Shown here: positions 1 through 7,520 of the stretch, piece after piece | Position numbering within the stretch: the stretch's first letter is position 1 | Layout: each line of letters begins with the position of its first letter | Origin: Gemmatimonadaceae bacterium | Lineage (GTDB): Bacteria > Gemmatimonadota > Gemmatimonadetes > Gemmatimonadales > Gemmatimonadaceae | Direction of reading: 5' to 3' | DNA length: 56,856 nucleotides | NCBI GenBank assembly: GCA_036383935.1 | Contig: DASVNI010000338.1 | Location: 1 to 56,856 of the forward strand | The notes under the pieces: model-generated | The model's database searches: none | What the model was told of the DNA's origin: nothing | The model's input: the letters and a program-made list of their open reading frames with translations, nothing else | Position numbers and translations under genes: made by a program

Positions 1-83
1 GGCCGGTCGCAGCGCCCGGAGCCGCCCCGGAGCCGACCCCCGCCGCCGGCGACTGACCTCGATACACACCGACGACTCGTACA

Positions 84-118
84 CGCGCGCGGAATCTGCT
101 TGACGGATTCCGCGCGCG
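84..118 (+). terminator. GC-rich hairpin, possible terminator of the gene upstream of the window
   Basis: Perfect 13-bp inverted repeat cgcgcgcggaatc (84-96) / gattccgcgcgcg (106-118) with a 9-nt loop. It follows an open frame that stops at TGA 54-56. No U-tract. Confidence 0.4.
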
Positions 119-305
119 GCCTTACAAGGGTGCATGTACGCGAAGTCGTCTGCGCGACACCGGAGGGTGGCGCGCTGGATGCCGGCGACGATCCGACGCA
201 GGGCATACGTTCTGCAGCGCGCCGCCGCGCGGGTCGCACGTCCTGCACGACCCACTGCCGGGACGATTCGCTGGTCCGACTTTCCTATCTCTACAGGAGG
301 CGGTG

Positions 306-647
306 ATGCCGCGCGGTGACGATTTGAACGACGAGTTGAGATTCTCCGATCGCGACGACGACGTCGACGATCTTGGCTAGGGTGGGGGCGGCGCGTCGTC
401 GTACGATGACGACGATGAGGAGGACGGCGGCTGGACGACCCACAAGGACGACAGCGACGACCTCTGGGACAGCACCGACGATTCGGACGACGATGAGGAA
501 GAGGGGCTTGGCACCCCGGTCGTCGAGGACGAGGAGGAGGAGGAAAGCCCGCTCGTCGTAGCGCGGGCCCCTCGCTCGGCCGGACGGCCAGCCGGCGGCG
601 GTGGGGCGGGCGGCGGCGCGGGTGCCGCGGCGGGATCGAGCACTCCG
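306..647 (+). other. Acidic in-frame region upstream of the H1-like CDS, interrupted by TAG 378-380
   Basis: ATG 306 is preceded by AGGAGG (295-300, 5-nt spacer). There are 24 D/E-rich codons, then TAG at 378-380. The same frame then stays open for 89 more D/E-rich codons (381-647) and runs into the Lys/Ala-rich CDS. The ORF track places the first possible start after the TAG at GTG 648. Confidence 0.5.
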
Positions 648-1028
648 GTGACCGCCTCCAAGCACCCGGCCATCAAGGAGCCGGAGCGTGGCGCAACCTT
701 CCGTGGCTCGGCGTTCCAGGGGACGGGCGCAAAGAAGGCCGCAAAGTCGGGTGGCGCCGCCAAGAAGGCCGCGAAGGCGCCGGCCAAGAAGGCTGCCGGC
801 AAGGGCGCGGCGAAGAAGGCGGCACCGAAGAAGGCCGTGAAGAAGGCGGCGCCGAAGAAGGCGGCTGCCAAGAAGGGCGCGGCCAAGAAGGGCGCGGCCA
901 AGAAGGGTGCTGCGAAGAAAGGCGTCGCCAAGAAGGGCGCCGCCAAGAAGAGCAGCGCCAAGAAGAGCAGCGCCAAGAAGAGCTCGGCGAAGAAGGGTGG
1001 AGCGAGGAAGGGCGCGCGTCGGCGCTGA
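648..1028 (+). CDS. Lys/Ala-rich histone H1-like (AlgP/Hc1-like) DNA-binding protein
   Basis: 126-aa ORF dominated by AKKAA/AKKGA/AKKSS pentapeptides. The GTG start has no convincing SD; see the 306..647 extension. A hairpin follows the stop. Confidence 0.65.
   Translation: MTASKHPAIKEPERGATFRGSAFQGTGAKKAAKSGGAAKKAAKAPAKKAAGKGAAKKAAPKKAVKKAAPKKAAAKKGAAKKGAAKKGAAKKGVAKKGAAKKSSAKKSSAKKSSAKKGGARKGARRR
867..1001 (+). repeat. Nine tandem 15-nt coding repeats (gccaagaagggcgcg and variants)
   Basis: Counted directly. Units start at 867, 882, 897, 912, 927, 942, 957, 972 and 987. They encode AKKGA x5 then AKKSS x3 then AKKGG. Confidence 0.9.
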
Positions 1029-1058
1029 CCTCCGCGGACCCACTCGTGCAGAGAAACG

Positions 1059-1088
1059 AAGGGGCGTGGCCGGTTGGCCGCGCCCCTT
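1059..1088 (+). terminator. Hairpin terminator after the H1-like gene
   Basis: aaggggcgtggcc (1059-1071) / ggccgcgcccctt (1076-1088), 13 bp with one G-U pair and a GGTT loop. Followed by cgcgtttgctt. Confidence 0.55.
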
Positions 1089-1132
1089 CGCGTTTGCTTC
1101 CGTCCTTCGCCGAACGCCCGTAATATCCCGTC

Positions 1133-2620
1133 ATGCCGCCACTCGAGCGTCAGGTGCTCGATGCCCTGCCATTCACCGTCTACACGGTGGATCTCGACGG
1201 GCGCATCACGTACATGAACCACTCCACGGCGCGCGCCGCACAGTCGAACGGCGCGCCGCCGCTCGGCGACGAGGAGGCCGTGATCGGCGTTCCGGTGTGG
1301 AACGCGATCGCCGGCGACGCGACGCGCGAGCAGATCGAGCAGGCGATGGCAACGGTGCGCGAAGGACGTGCGCCCTCCGTGGCTTGGGAGTTCCCGCGTG
1401 GTGCACCGGCGGAGGAGCGCATGTTCCTCATGCAGGTGAGCGCGATCGGCGAGGGACGCGCCGTGACGGGATTCACCGTCTCCACGGTGGACATCACGCC
1501 GAGCCACCGCTGGCGCGAGGCGCTCATCGATACGGGGATGGCTCTCGCGCACACAATGAGTGCCGACCGTGTGTTCCACGAGGTCGCGCAGCAGCTGCGT
1601 CGCGCGCTGGCCTGCGATGCCGTCGCCATCGCGCTCTCCGACGGCGAGCCGGATGTCTTGCGGGTCGTGCACCAATCCGGCTTTGCGATTGCGCCCGACC
1701 AGATCGCCGCGCACTTCGCCCCAGCCTGGGATGAGGCGCTTCGAGGTCGCCGCGTCGTCACGCGTGCGTCGGAAGAGGGAACTGAGCTCACCGCGCCGAT
1801 GATGAGCGGCGAAGGGGTGTTCGGCGCCATCACGCTGACCTCGTCGCCCATTCCCGCGCACCGCCTCGAGGAATCGCGTCGCGTGCTCGAGACGATCGCC
1901 GCCGAGACGGCGGCGACCGTGGAACGCGTCCGGACCGTGCAGCGTCTCGGGGATCGGCGTCGGCTCGAAGCGATCGGCGAGGTGACGACTGGCGTCGCAC
2001 ACGAGCTGCGCAACCCGCTCTTCGGCATCTCGTCCGCCGCGCAGCTCCTCCGGTTCCGTGTCCGAGAGGATCCGGTCGTCGAGAAGAATGTCGGCCGCAT
2101 CCTGCGCGAGGTCGAGCGGCTCAACAGCATGGTGACCTCGTTGCTCGAGTACGGACGCCCCGGTCCCATCACCCTCGCGCCGGGCGACCCCGATGCCGTG
2201 TGGGACGAGGTGCTCGAGAATCAGCGAGGACTCCTCGAGAGCCGGGCCGTGCTCCTCGAGCGGTCGCGCGCCCCGTCGGCGCGCTGCTCGATCGATTCCC
2301 AGCAGCTCGCCCACGTGTTTGCCAACCTGCTCGTCAACGCGACCGACGCCGCACCGGAAGGGAGCGATCTCACGCTCACCTCGAGCGTCCTCGCGAATGG
2401 CCAGTGGCGATGCCGCCTGCACAATGGCGGACCGCCCATCCCGCCCGACGCCCTGCCGCGTGTGTTCGAGATCTTCTTCTCCACCAAGCCGGGTGGCTCC
2501 GGCATCGGGCTCGCGCTCTGCAAGCGCATCGTGGAGGAGCACGGAGGTTCCGTGTCGCTCGAGAGCACGCCGGAGAATGGGACGTCGGCCACTGTGCTCC
2601 TCCCCCTCGCCACGGCGTGA
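1133..2620 (+). CDS. Sensor histidine kinase (PAS/GAF-type sensory region, HisKA, HATPase_c)
   Basis: H-box VAHELRNPLFGISSAAQLL, N-box NLLVNATDA, G-box FFSTKPGGSGIGLALC. 495 aa with no TM segment, so probably cytoplasmic. Confidence 0.9.
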   Translation: MPPLERQVLDALPFTVYTVDLDGRITYMNHSTARAAQSNGAPPLGDEEAVIGVPVWNAIAGDATREQIEQAMATVREGRAPSVAWEFPRGAPAEERMFLMQVSAIGEGRAVTGFTVSTVDITPSHRWREALIDTGMALAHTMSADRVFHEVAQQLRRALACDAVAIALSDGEPDVLRVVHQSGFAIAPDQIAAHFAPAWDEALRGRRVVTRASEEGTELTAPMMSGEGVFGAITLTSSPIPAHRLEESRRVLETIAAETAATVERVRTVQRLGDRRRLEAIGEVTTGVAHELRNPLFGISSAAQLLRFRVREDPVVEKNVGRILREVERLNSMVTSLLEYGRPGPITLAPGDPDAVWDEVLENQRGLLESRAVLLERSRAPSARCSIDSQQLAHVFANLLVNATDAAPEGSDLTLTSSVLANGQWRCRLHNGGPPIPPDALPRVFEIFFSTKPGGSGIGLALCKRIVEEHGGSVSLESTPENGTSATVLLPLATA

Positions 2621-2751
2621 GCTCTGGCGCGCAGCGCCCGCAGCGCTCCGTAGACACCTTCTGCTCGCTGAATCGTATCGGTTAGTGTGCGCCACACGTC
2701 GTGGACGTGGGCGCGATCGGCGAACGGTGACGGAGCAGCGAGGCGACAGCG

Positions 2752-3657
2752 ATGCAATGGCACGAGGCAGCAGCACTCGGCGGTGAGCCGGTTGAGTTCC
2801 TCTGGCGCGGCCACCGGGTCGCCTTGACGCGGCACGGCCACGGTTCGCCGGTCCTGCTCGTCCATGGTTTGTACGCGGGAGCGTCGTCATTCGAGTGGCG
2901 CCACACCATTCGCGCGATGGCGGAGCGCCACACGGTGTTCGCCCTCGACCTCCTGGGGTTCGGTCGATCCGATCGTCCGGCGGCACGCTACTCCCCGGTC
3001 CTGTACCAGGCGCTATTGGCCGACGTCGTCGCCCGGGTCGTCCAGGACCCCTGTACGGTCGTCGCGAGCGGTCTGTCCGCCGCGCAGCTCATCGCGCTCG
3101 CCGCGCGCGACCCGGGTCGTATCGCCTCCGTGGCCCTCGTCGCTCCCACTGGCGTGGCGCACCTCCGGGTGCCCGAACCGACGGGCAGCAGCACCACGCG
3201 GATCCTCCTCGGCGCGCCGCTCGTCGGTAACGCGGTCTACAACCGCCTCACCTCACCGGCGCGGATGCGCGAGCAGCTCCGGGCGCGGTACTTCGACGAT
3301 CACCTCGTCACGCCGGAGCTCGTGGAGAGCTATGTGGGCTCCGCGAGGCAGTCAGGGGGCAAGCACGCCGTCGCCGCGCTTCTCAGTGGACGGCTCAACG
3401 TCGATGTGCGTGCCGCCGTGCGACGGCTTCGCCTCCCCACCCTGCTGCTGTGGGGCGAGGTCGCGCGCCAGAATCCGGTGGCCCACGCACACGCCTTCCG
3501 TGTGCTGAAACACGACCTGGAGTGGACGTTGGTCCACGAGGCAGGCGACCTGCCGCATGACGAGCGTTCGGATGAGGTCAACGCCACCCTCCGCTCCTTC
3601 CTCGAGCGGACTCGACGCTGGACGGGCTCGCCCAGCCAGCGCCTGGCAATGGCCTGA
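2752..3657 (+). CDS. Alpha/beta-fold hydrolase
   Basis: HGSPVLLVHGLYAGASSFEW N-terminal oxyanion region. A VASGLSAAQ nucleophile-elbow-like segment is present. The C-terminal HDE...H region has typical fold spacing. Confidence 0.75.
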   Translation: MQWHEAAALGGEPVEFLWRGHRVALTRHGHGSPVLLVHGLYAGASSFEWRHTIRAMAERHTVFALDLLGFGRSDRPAARYSPVLYQALLADVVARVVQDPCTVVASGLSAAQLIALAARDPGRIASVALVAPTGVAHLRVPEPTGSSTTRILLGAPLVGNAVYNRLTSPARMREQLRARYFDDHLVTPELVESYVGSARQSGGKHAVAALLSGRLNVDVRAAVRRLRLPTLLLWGEVARQNPVAHAHAFRVLKHDLEWTLVHEAGDLPHDERSDEVNATLRSFLERTRRWTGSPSQRLAMA

Positions 3658-3724
3658 CGCTTCTACGACCCGATCGCGACACCGATTCACATCGGTCGGC
3701 GGCGTTCGTTATCTTCCGCCCCCT

Positions 3725-4282
3725 ATGCCGGATTCGTCGATGACACCCGTCGCGTTGCTGCGCGCTCACTCGCGGCACGCACCCTGGAACGCGCGCGGCC
3801 TCGCCGCCCACGTCACCGCGCTCGTGGACGCGGCGGGGATCCGTCCTACCAACGCGTCGGCGCGCGTCGCGCCCAGCGCGCGCTCCGTGCGCTTCTATGT
3901 CGCGAGTGGGCTGCTCGACCGGCCCGAGGGCGCCGGAACCGCGGCGACCTACAACTACCGGCACCTCCTGCAGCTGCTCTCCATCAAGATCCGCCAGCGT
4001 GAGGGTGCCACCCTCGAGGGGATCAAGAAGGAGATGAAGGAGGTCACCGGCGACGCCCTCGAGCGCCGCGTGGCCGCCTCCCTCGCCCCTGCTCTCGGCG
4101 CCGGCGCCGATCACACCGTGCGCGACAGCGATGAGGAGCGCTCGGCCAGCTGGCGCCGCGTTCCCGTCGCCGATGGGATCGAGATCCACGTGCGCGATGA
4201 CGCCCCTGCCGCCCGCGACGAAGCCCTCGTCGCGATGCGCGAAGCCGTACGCGCCGCGCTCGGGAGAGCGGATATCCGGTAA
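3725..4282 (+). CDS. MerR-superfamily-like HTH protein (hypothetical)
   Basis: Internal ATG (aa 57 of ORF 3557..4282) chosen so that it no longer overlaps the previous gene. The segment SVRFYVASGLLDRP...YNYRHLLQLLSIKIRQREGATLEGIKKEM resembles a MerR-type HTH plus coiled coil. Confidence 0.55.
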   Translation: MPDSSMTPVALLRAHSRHAPWNARGLAAHVTALVDAAGIRPTNASARVAPSARSVRFYVASGLLDRPEGAGTAATYNYRHLLQLLSIKIRQREGATLEGIKKEMKEVTGDALERRVAASLAPALGAGADHTVRDSDEERSASWRRVPVADGIEIHVRDDAPAARDEALVAMREAVRAALGRADIR

Positions 4283-4310
4283 CCGTTGTCGGTGATCAGT
4301 TCTCAGTAAT

Positions 4311-4350
4311 CAGCCGGCCTCGGGACACTCCTGCGTCCCGAGGCCGGCTG
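4311..4350. terminator. Bidirectional hairpin between convergent genes
   Basis: Perfect 16-bp stem cagccggcctcgggac / gtcccgaggccggctg with an 8-nt loop. It lies between the stops at 4282 (+) and 4398 (-). Confidence 0.7.
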
Positions 4351-4397
4351 ACAACTGTAAACCGTTAACCGTTAACGGCTCGCTGTGCGCGCCCGTC

Positions 4398-5735
4398 CTA
4401 CAGCAGTCTCGAAAACACCGCCGCGCCCCACTCGATGAACCGGTCGTACCACGGCCGGCGCTGGAACGCCGCGAGCGTGATCTCCTTGGAGCGCGTCAGG
4501 TCGTCCAGGAACACCGAGTCCATCTGTGCGCCGAGCGGCTGGTCGAGGAACACGAAGTTCGACTCGTTGTTGAACGCGAGTGATCGGTTGTCGAAGTTCA
4601 TCGAGCCGATGGACCCCCACATGCCGTCGATGATGAACGTCTTCGCGTGCATCATGGTGGGCTGATACTCGTAGATCTTGATGCCCGCGCGTAGCAGCTC
4701 CTCGTAGCGCGAGCGACCGGCCCACCACGTCGTCTTGACGTCGGTGTTCTTGCTCACCGTCAGGATGCGCACGTCCACGCCGCGTGCCCGTGCCTTCTTG
4801 AGCAGACGCCGGAAGTCGTCGTCAGGGACGAAATACGAGTTCGAGACGTAGAGCGTCTTGCGCGCACTGGCGATCGACAGCGCGATGAACCGTTCCGCTG
4901 GCGTGCTTCCCGTGGTGGGTGAGGAGAAGAAGACTCCGGCCTCCACACCCCCGTCGACCTGCGTGAATGCGTTCTTGGGGAAGAAGATGTCACCCGCGAT
5001 CAGCTCTCCCGTGCATTCCGCCCACGCCGCCGCGAATGCCGCCTGCAGCCCCATCACCGACGGCCCTTCGAACCGGACGCTCGTCTCGCGCCACTGGTCC
5101 TTCTGGCGTCCGTCGCCCAGCCAGTAATCGGCCAGGCCGAATCCGCCCGTATACCCGATCTCGCCGTCCACCACCACGACGCGCACGTGCGAGCGGTCGC
5201 TCGCGTTGTGCAGCGAGTACCAGTGCAGCTGGCGGAGCAGCGCGAGCTCGACGTGCGCCGCGCGCAGGCTGTCCGCCCATTCCTTCTTCAGGTTCTGCGA
5301 GCCGAAGGCATCGAGCACCAGCAGCACTCGCACGCCGGCCCGCGCACGCTCCTGGAGGATGGCCGCGAGCGTGTCGGCCACCGCGCCCGGCCGCGAGTAG
5401 TACATCTGCACCGTGATCGTGCGCTTCGCCGCGCGCAGGTCGCGCCACATCTGCGGATACAAACCATCGCCGTTCAGAGCCAGCTGCGCCGCATTGCCGC
5501 TCGTGAGATGGAGTCCCGTGTACAGCTCGATCGATTCCGTGAAGAGGGAATCGCCGACGGCCGGTGGACCTCCATGATCACCGATCGCCACGACGGCCCT
5601 CACCGGCGTGCCACGCGTGATGGAGAGGATTCCGATCAGGGAGAGCACGACGACGAGCAGGACACCAAGCACCACGCCGACGCGCTTGACTCGCAGCATT
5701 TTTCGCATTTGCCCGCTCCTCTCCACATACTTCAT
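4398..5735 (-). CDS. cls: Cardiolipin synthase / phospholipase D family
   Basis: Two HKD motifs (HVRVVVVDGEIGYTGGFG and MMHAKTFIIDGMWGSIGSMNFDNRS) and an N-terminal TM helix. 445 aa. Confidence 0.88.
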   Translation of the reverse strand: MKYVERSGQMRKMLRVKRVGVVLGVLLVVVLSLIGILSITRGTPVRAVVAIGDHGGPPAVGDSLFTESIELYTGLHLTSGNAAQLALNGDGLYPQMWRDLRAAKRTITVQMYYSRPGAVADTLAAILQERARAGVRVLLVLDAFGSQNLKKEWADSLRAAHVELALLRQLHWYSLHNASDRSHVRVVVVDGEIGYTGGFGLADYWLGDGRQKDQWRETSVRFEGPSVMGLQAAFAAAWAECTGELIAGDIFFPKNAFTQVDGGVEAGVFFSSPTTGSTPAERFIALSIASARKTLYVSNSYFVPDDDFRRLLKKARARGVDVRILTVSKNTDVKTTWWAGRSRYEELLRAGIKIYEYQPTMMHAKTFIIDGMWGSIGSMNFDNRSLAFNNESNFVFLDQPLGAQMDSVFLDDLTRSKEITLAAFQRRPWYDRFIEWGAAVFSRLL

Positions 5736-5806
5736 GCCAAGATGCCGAGGCCGGTAGTGCGCAGGTCGAAACGCGCGGGCTCGGCACGAGACCGACGGAG
5801 GTTCGC

Positions 5807-6517
5807 ATGGAATTCTCTGGTCGCAGCGTGGTGCTCACCGGCGTCGGACGCGAAGGTCAGGTCGGTGAGGCCGTCGCGCGGGCGTTCGCCGAACGCGGCG
5901 CGCGCGTGTTCCTCGTCGATCGCCAGGAGAGTGAGGCGCACGCGCGCAGCGACGCGCTCGTCGCCGCTGGGCTACGCTCCGCCGCGCTCGGTGCCGATCT
6001 GACTGACGCGGCGGCGGTGGAAGCGCTCGCCGCGCGCGTGCGCGATGCCACCGGCGGCCGCGTCCATGCGCTCGTTCATCTCGCGGGAGGATTCGCCGCG
6101 AGCGGCCCCGTGGCCGACAGCGACCAGGCGGCGTGGGAGCGCCAGTTCACGATCAACGTCACCACCGCCCACCTCACGGCACGCGCCTTCATCCCGCTGC
6201 TGCGCAGCACGAAGGGCGCGATCGTCTTCTTCGGCTCGGAGGCGGCGCTGCCTGGCGCGCGCGTCGCCGGCATTTCCGCGTACGCGGCGGCAAAGACGGC
6301 CGTCCTCACGCTCGCGCAGGCGATTGCGCAGGAAGAGCGCGACAATGGCGTGCGCGCCAACGCGCTCGCGCCAACGTCGATCCGCACGGCAGCGAACCTC
6401 GCCGAGATGGGCCCGGATGCCGCATACGTCACGCGCGAAGCGGTCGCCGACGTGGTGCTCTGGCTCTGCTCGGACGCGGCGCGCTCGGTCACGGGCCAGA
6501 TCATCCGAGTGCGGTGA
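5807..6517 (+). CDS. Short-chain dehydrogenase/reductase (SDR)
   Basis: N-terminal dinucleotide-binding turn LTGVGREGQVGEAVARAF. YAAAK catalytic Tyr-x3-Lys. 236 aa. Confidence 0.88.
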   Translation: MEFSGRSVVLTGVGREGQVGEAVARAFAERGARVFLVDRQESEAHARSDALVAAGLRSAALGADLTDAAAVEALAARVRDATGGRVHALVHLAGGFAASGPVADSDQAAWERQFTINVTTAHLTARAFIPLLRSTKGAIVFFGSEAALPGARVAGISAYAAAKTAVLTLAQAIAQEERDNGVRANALAPTSIRTAANLAEMGPDAAYVTREAVADVVLWLCSDAARSVTGQIIRVR

Positions 6518-6569
6518 CCAGTCCCCGGGTCGTCTTGCCCCGTGCGACCCGGCGCTCCAGCTTGCCCGC

Positions 6570-7418
6570 ATGACAGTCGTGACGCGCCGCCGGGCAGTAT
6601 CCCGGGCAGTTCGGCTCGACCGGTCGCTCGAGGCGCTCCCGCTCTTCCGCCTCAGTGACTCTGCCGACGACGGCGTGATCACCTACGCAGACGCCGCCGG
6701 CGGCCGCTGGCGTGTCATCCCGAGCCCGGGCGACCGGCTCCCCGGCACCTTCGACCAGGACGTGTACGTCGAGCTGCTGCGCCGCTTCCAGGAGGCGGGC
6801 GAACCGACGGACGGCGTGATCACCTTCACCCTCCACGCCTTCCTGCGCGCCATGGGACGACGCGTCGACGGGCGAACGTACGAGCAGCTGCGCGGCGCGC
6901 TCGGACGGCTCGAGCGAACGACGCTCGAATCGATCGGCATCTACGAGCTGGCGAGCGGCATGCGTGCGGATCTGCGGTTCACTCTGCTCACCTCGGTTGC
7001 GGTCGAGCGGCGACGGACGCTGGATCGCGAGCAGCTTCAGCTCTTCAACAGCATCACCACCGGCGAGCCGGGCGTTGCGCGCGTCGTCCTCGCCGCCGTC
7101 GTCCGCGACAACCTCGCCGCGAACCACGCCATCAGCATTTCGGCCCCCTGCTACTGGGCGCTGGGTTCGCCAGTGGCGCGCCGCCTGTACCGCCTGCTCG
7201 AGGTCGCTCGCGCCGACGGTCGCCTTACCTGGCGCGTCGGTCTGGATCAGCTCGCTCAGCAGCTCCCCCTCGCCCAGCGGTACCCTTCACACCTCCAGCG
7301 CGTGCTCCAGCCGGCCCATGAGATGCTCGTGGCGCAGGGTGTGCTTCGAAACGCCGCCGTCCGGCAACATCAGCGAGACTGGTTCGTCGATTACGTGCTG
7401 GGTTCGAGGCCAGCCTGA
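6570..7418 (+). CDS. Replication initiator protein A (RepA/RPA-family)-like protein
   Basis: I use the ATG at 6570 (aa 176 of ORF 6045..7418), because the upstream 175 codons overlap the SDR gene in another frame. The product shows LPLFRLSD..., DQDVYVELLRRF, TFTLHAFLRAMG and YEQLRGALGRLERTTL. From memory these match the plasmid replication-initiator-A family. Confidence 0.6.
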   Translation: MTVVTRRRAVSRAVRLDRSLEALPLFRLSDSADDGVITYADAAGGRWRVIPSPGDRLPGTFDQDVYVELLRRFQEAGEPTDGVITFTLHAFLRAMGRRVDGRTYEQLRGALGRLERTTLESIGIYELASGMRADLRFTLLTSVAVERRRTLDREQLQLFNSITTGEPGVARVVLAAVVRDNLAANHAISISAPCYWALGSPVARRLYRLLEVARADGRLTWRVGLDQLAQQLPLAQRYPSHLQRVLQPAHEMLVAQGVLRNAAVRQHQRDWFVDYVLGSRPA

Positions 7419-7520
7419 AGCTGGGCCGCCGCCTGGAGATCACTCCGCGCTGACACGGGAACACTTCCGTTCGGCGGGGCGTATCTACTGAAAAGACTTC
7501 CTCTTCACGCAGAGTCGTTC

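Noticed and set aside
1-56. A possible 3' end of an upstream CDS (frame 3, ...PVAAPGAAPEPTPAAGD*).
   Set aside because: It is too short to distinguish from frame 2, which stays open to TGA 101-103. I did not call it as a feature.
378-380. TAG 378-380 as pyrrolysine or a reassigned sense codon.
   Set aside because: TAG terminates several well-supported genes in this window (yggX, the GH3 gene, the thioredoxin/NHL gene, the his leader). Nothing suggests pyl genes. A nonsense mutation, sequencing error or read-through is more parsimonious.
377-2986. Very long antisense ORFs: 377..2986 (869 aa), 7545..9119, 10207..11721, 14066..16303, 37646..39073, 54274..55587, 55247..56782 and many others.
   Set aside because: Each lies opposite a gene with clear family motifs. 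Their products are Arg/Ser/Pro/Gly-rich low-complexity strings with no motifs. Such stop-free shadow frames are expected in a very GC-rich genome.
4357-4380. aaccgttaaccgttaacgg tandem/palindromic motif beside the 4311-4350 terminator.
   Set aside because: It is a single short occurrence with one related copy at 4279-4287. It looks like part of the convergent-gene spacer, with no evidence of function.
6045-6569. The 175-codon N-terminal extension of the RepA-like ORF given in the track.
   Set aside because: It overlaps the SDR gene (5807..6517) in another frame and is Arg/Ser-rich junk. Family-like sequence begins right after ATG 6570.
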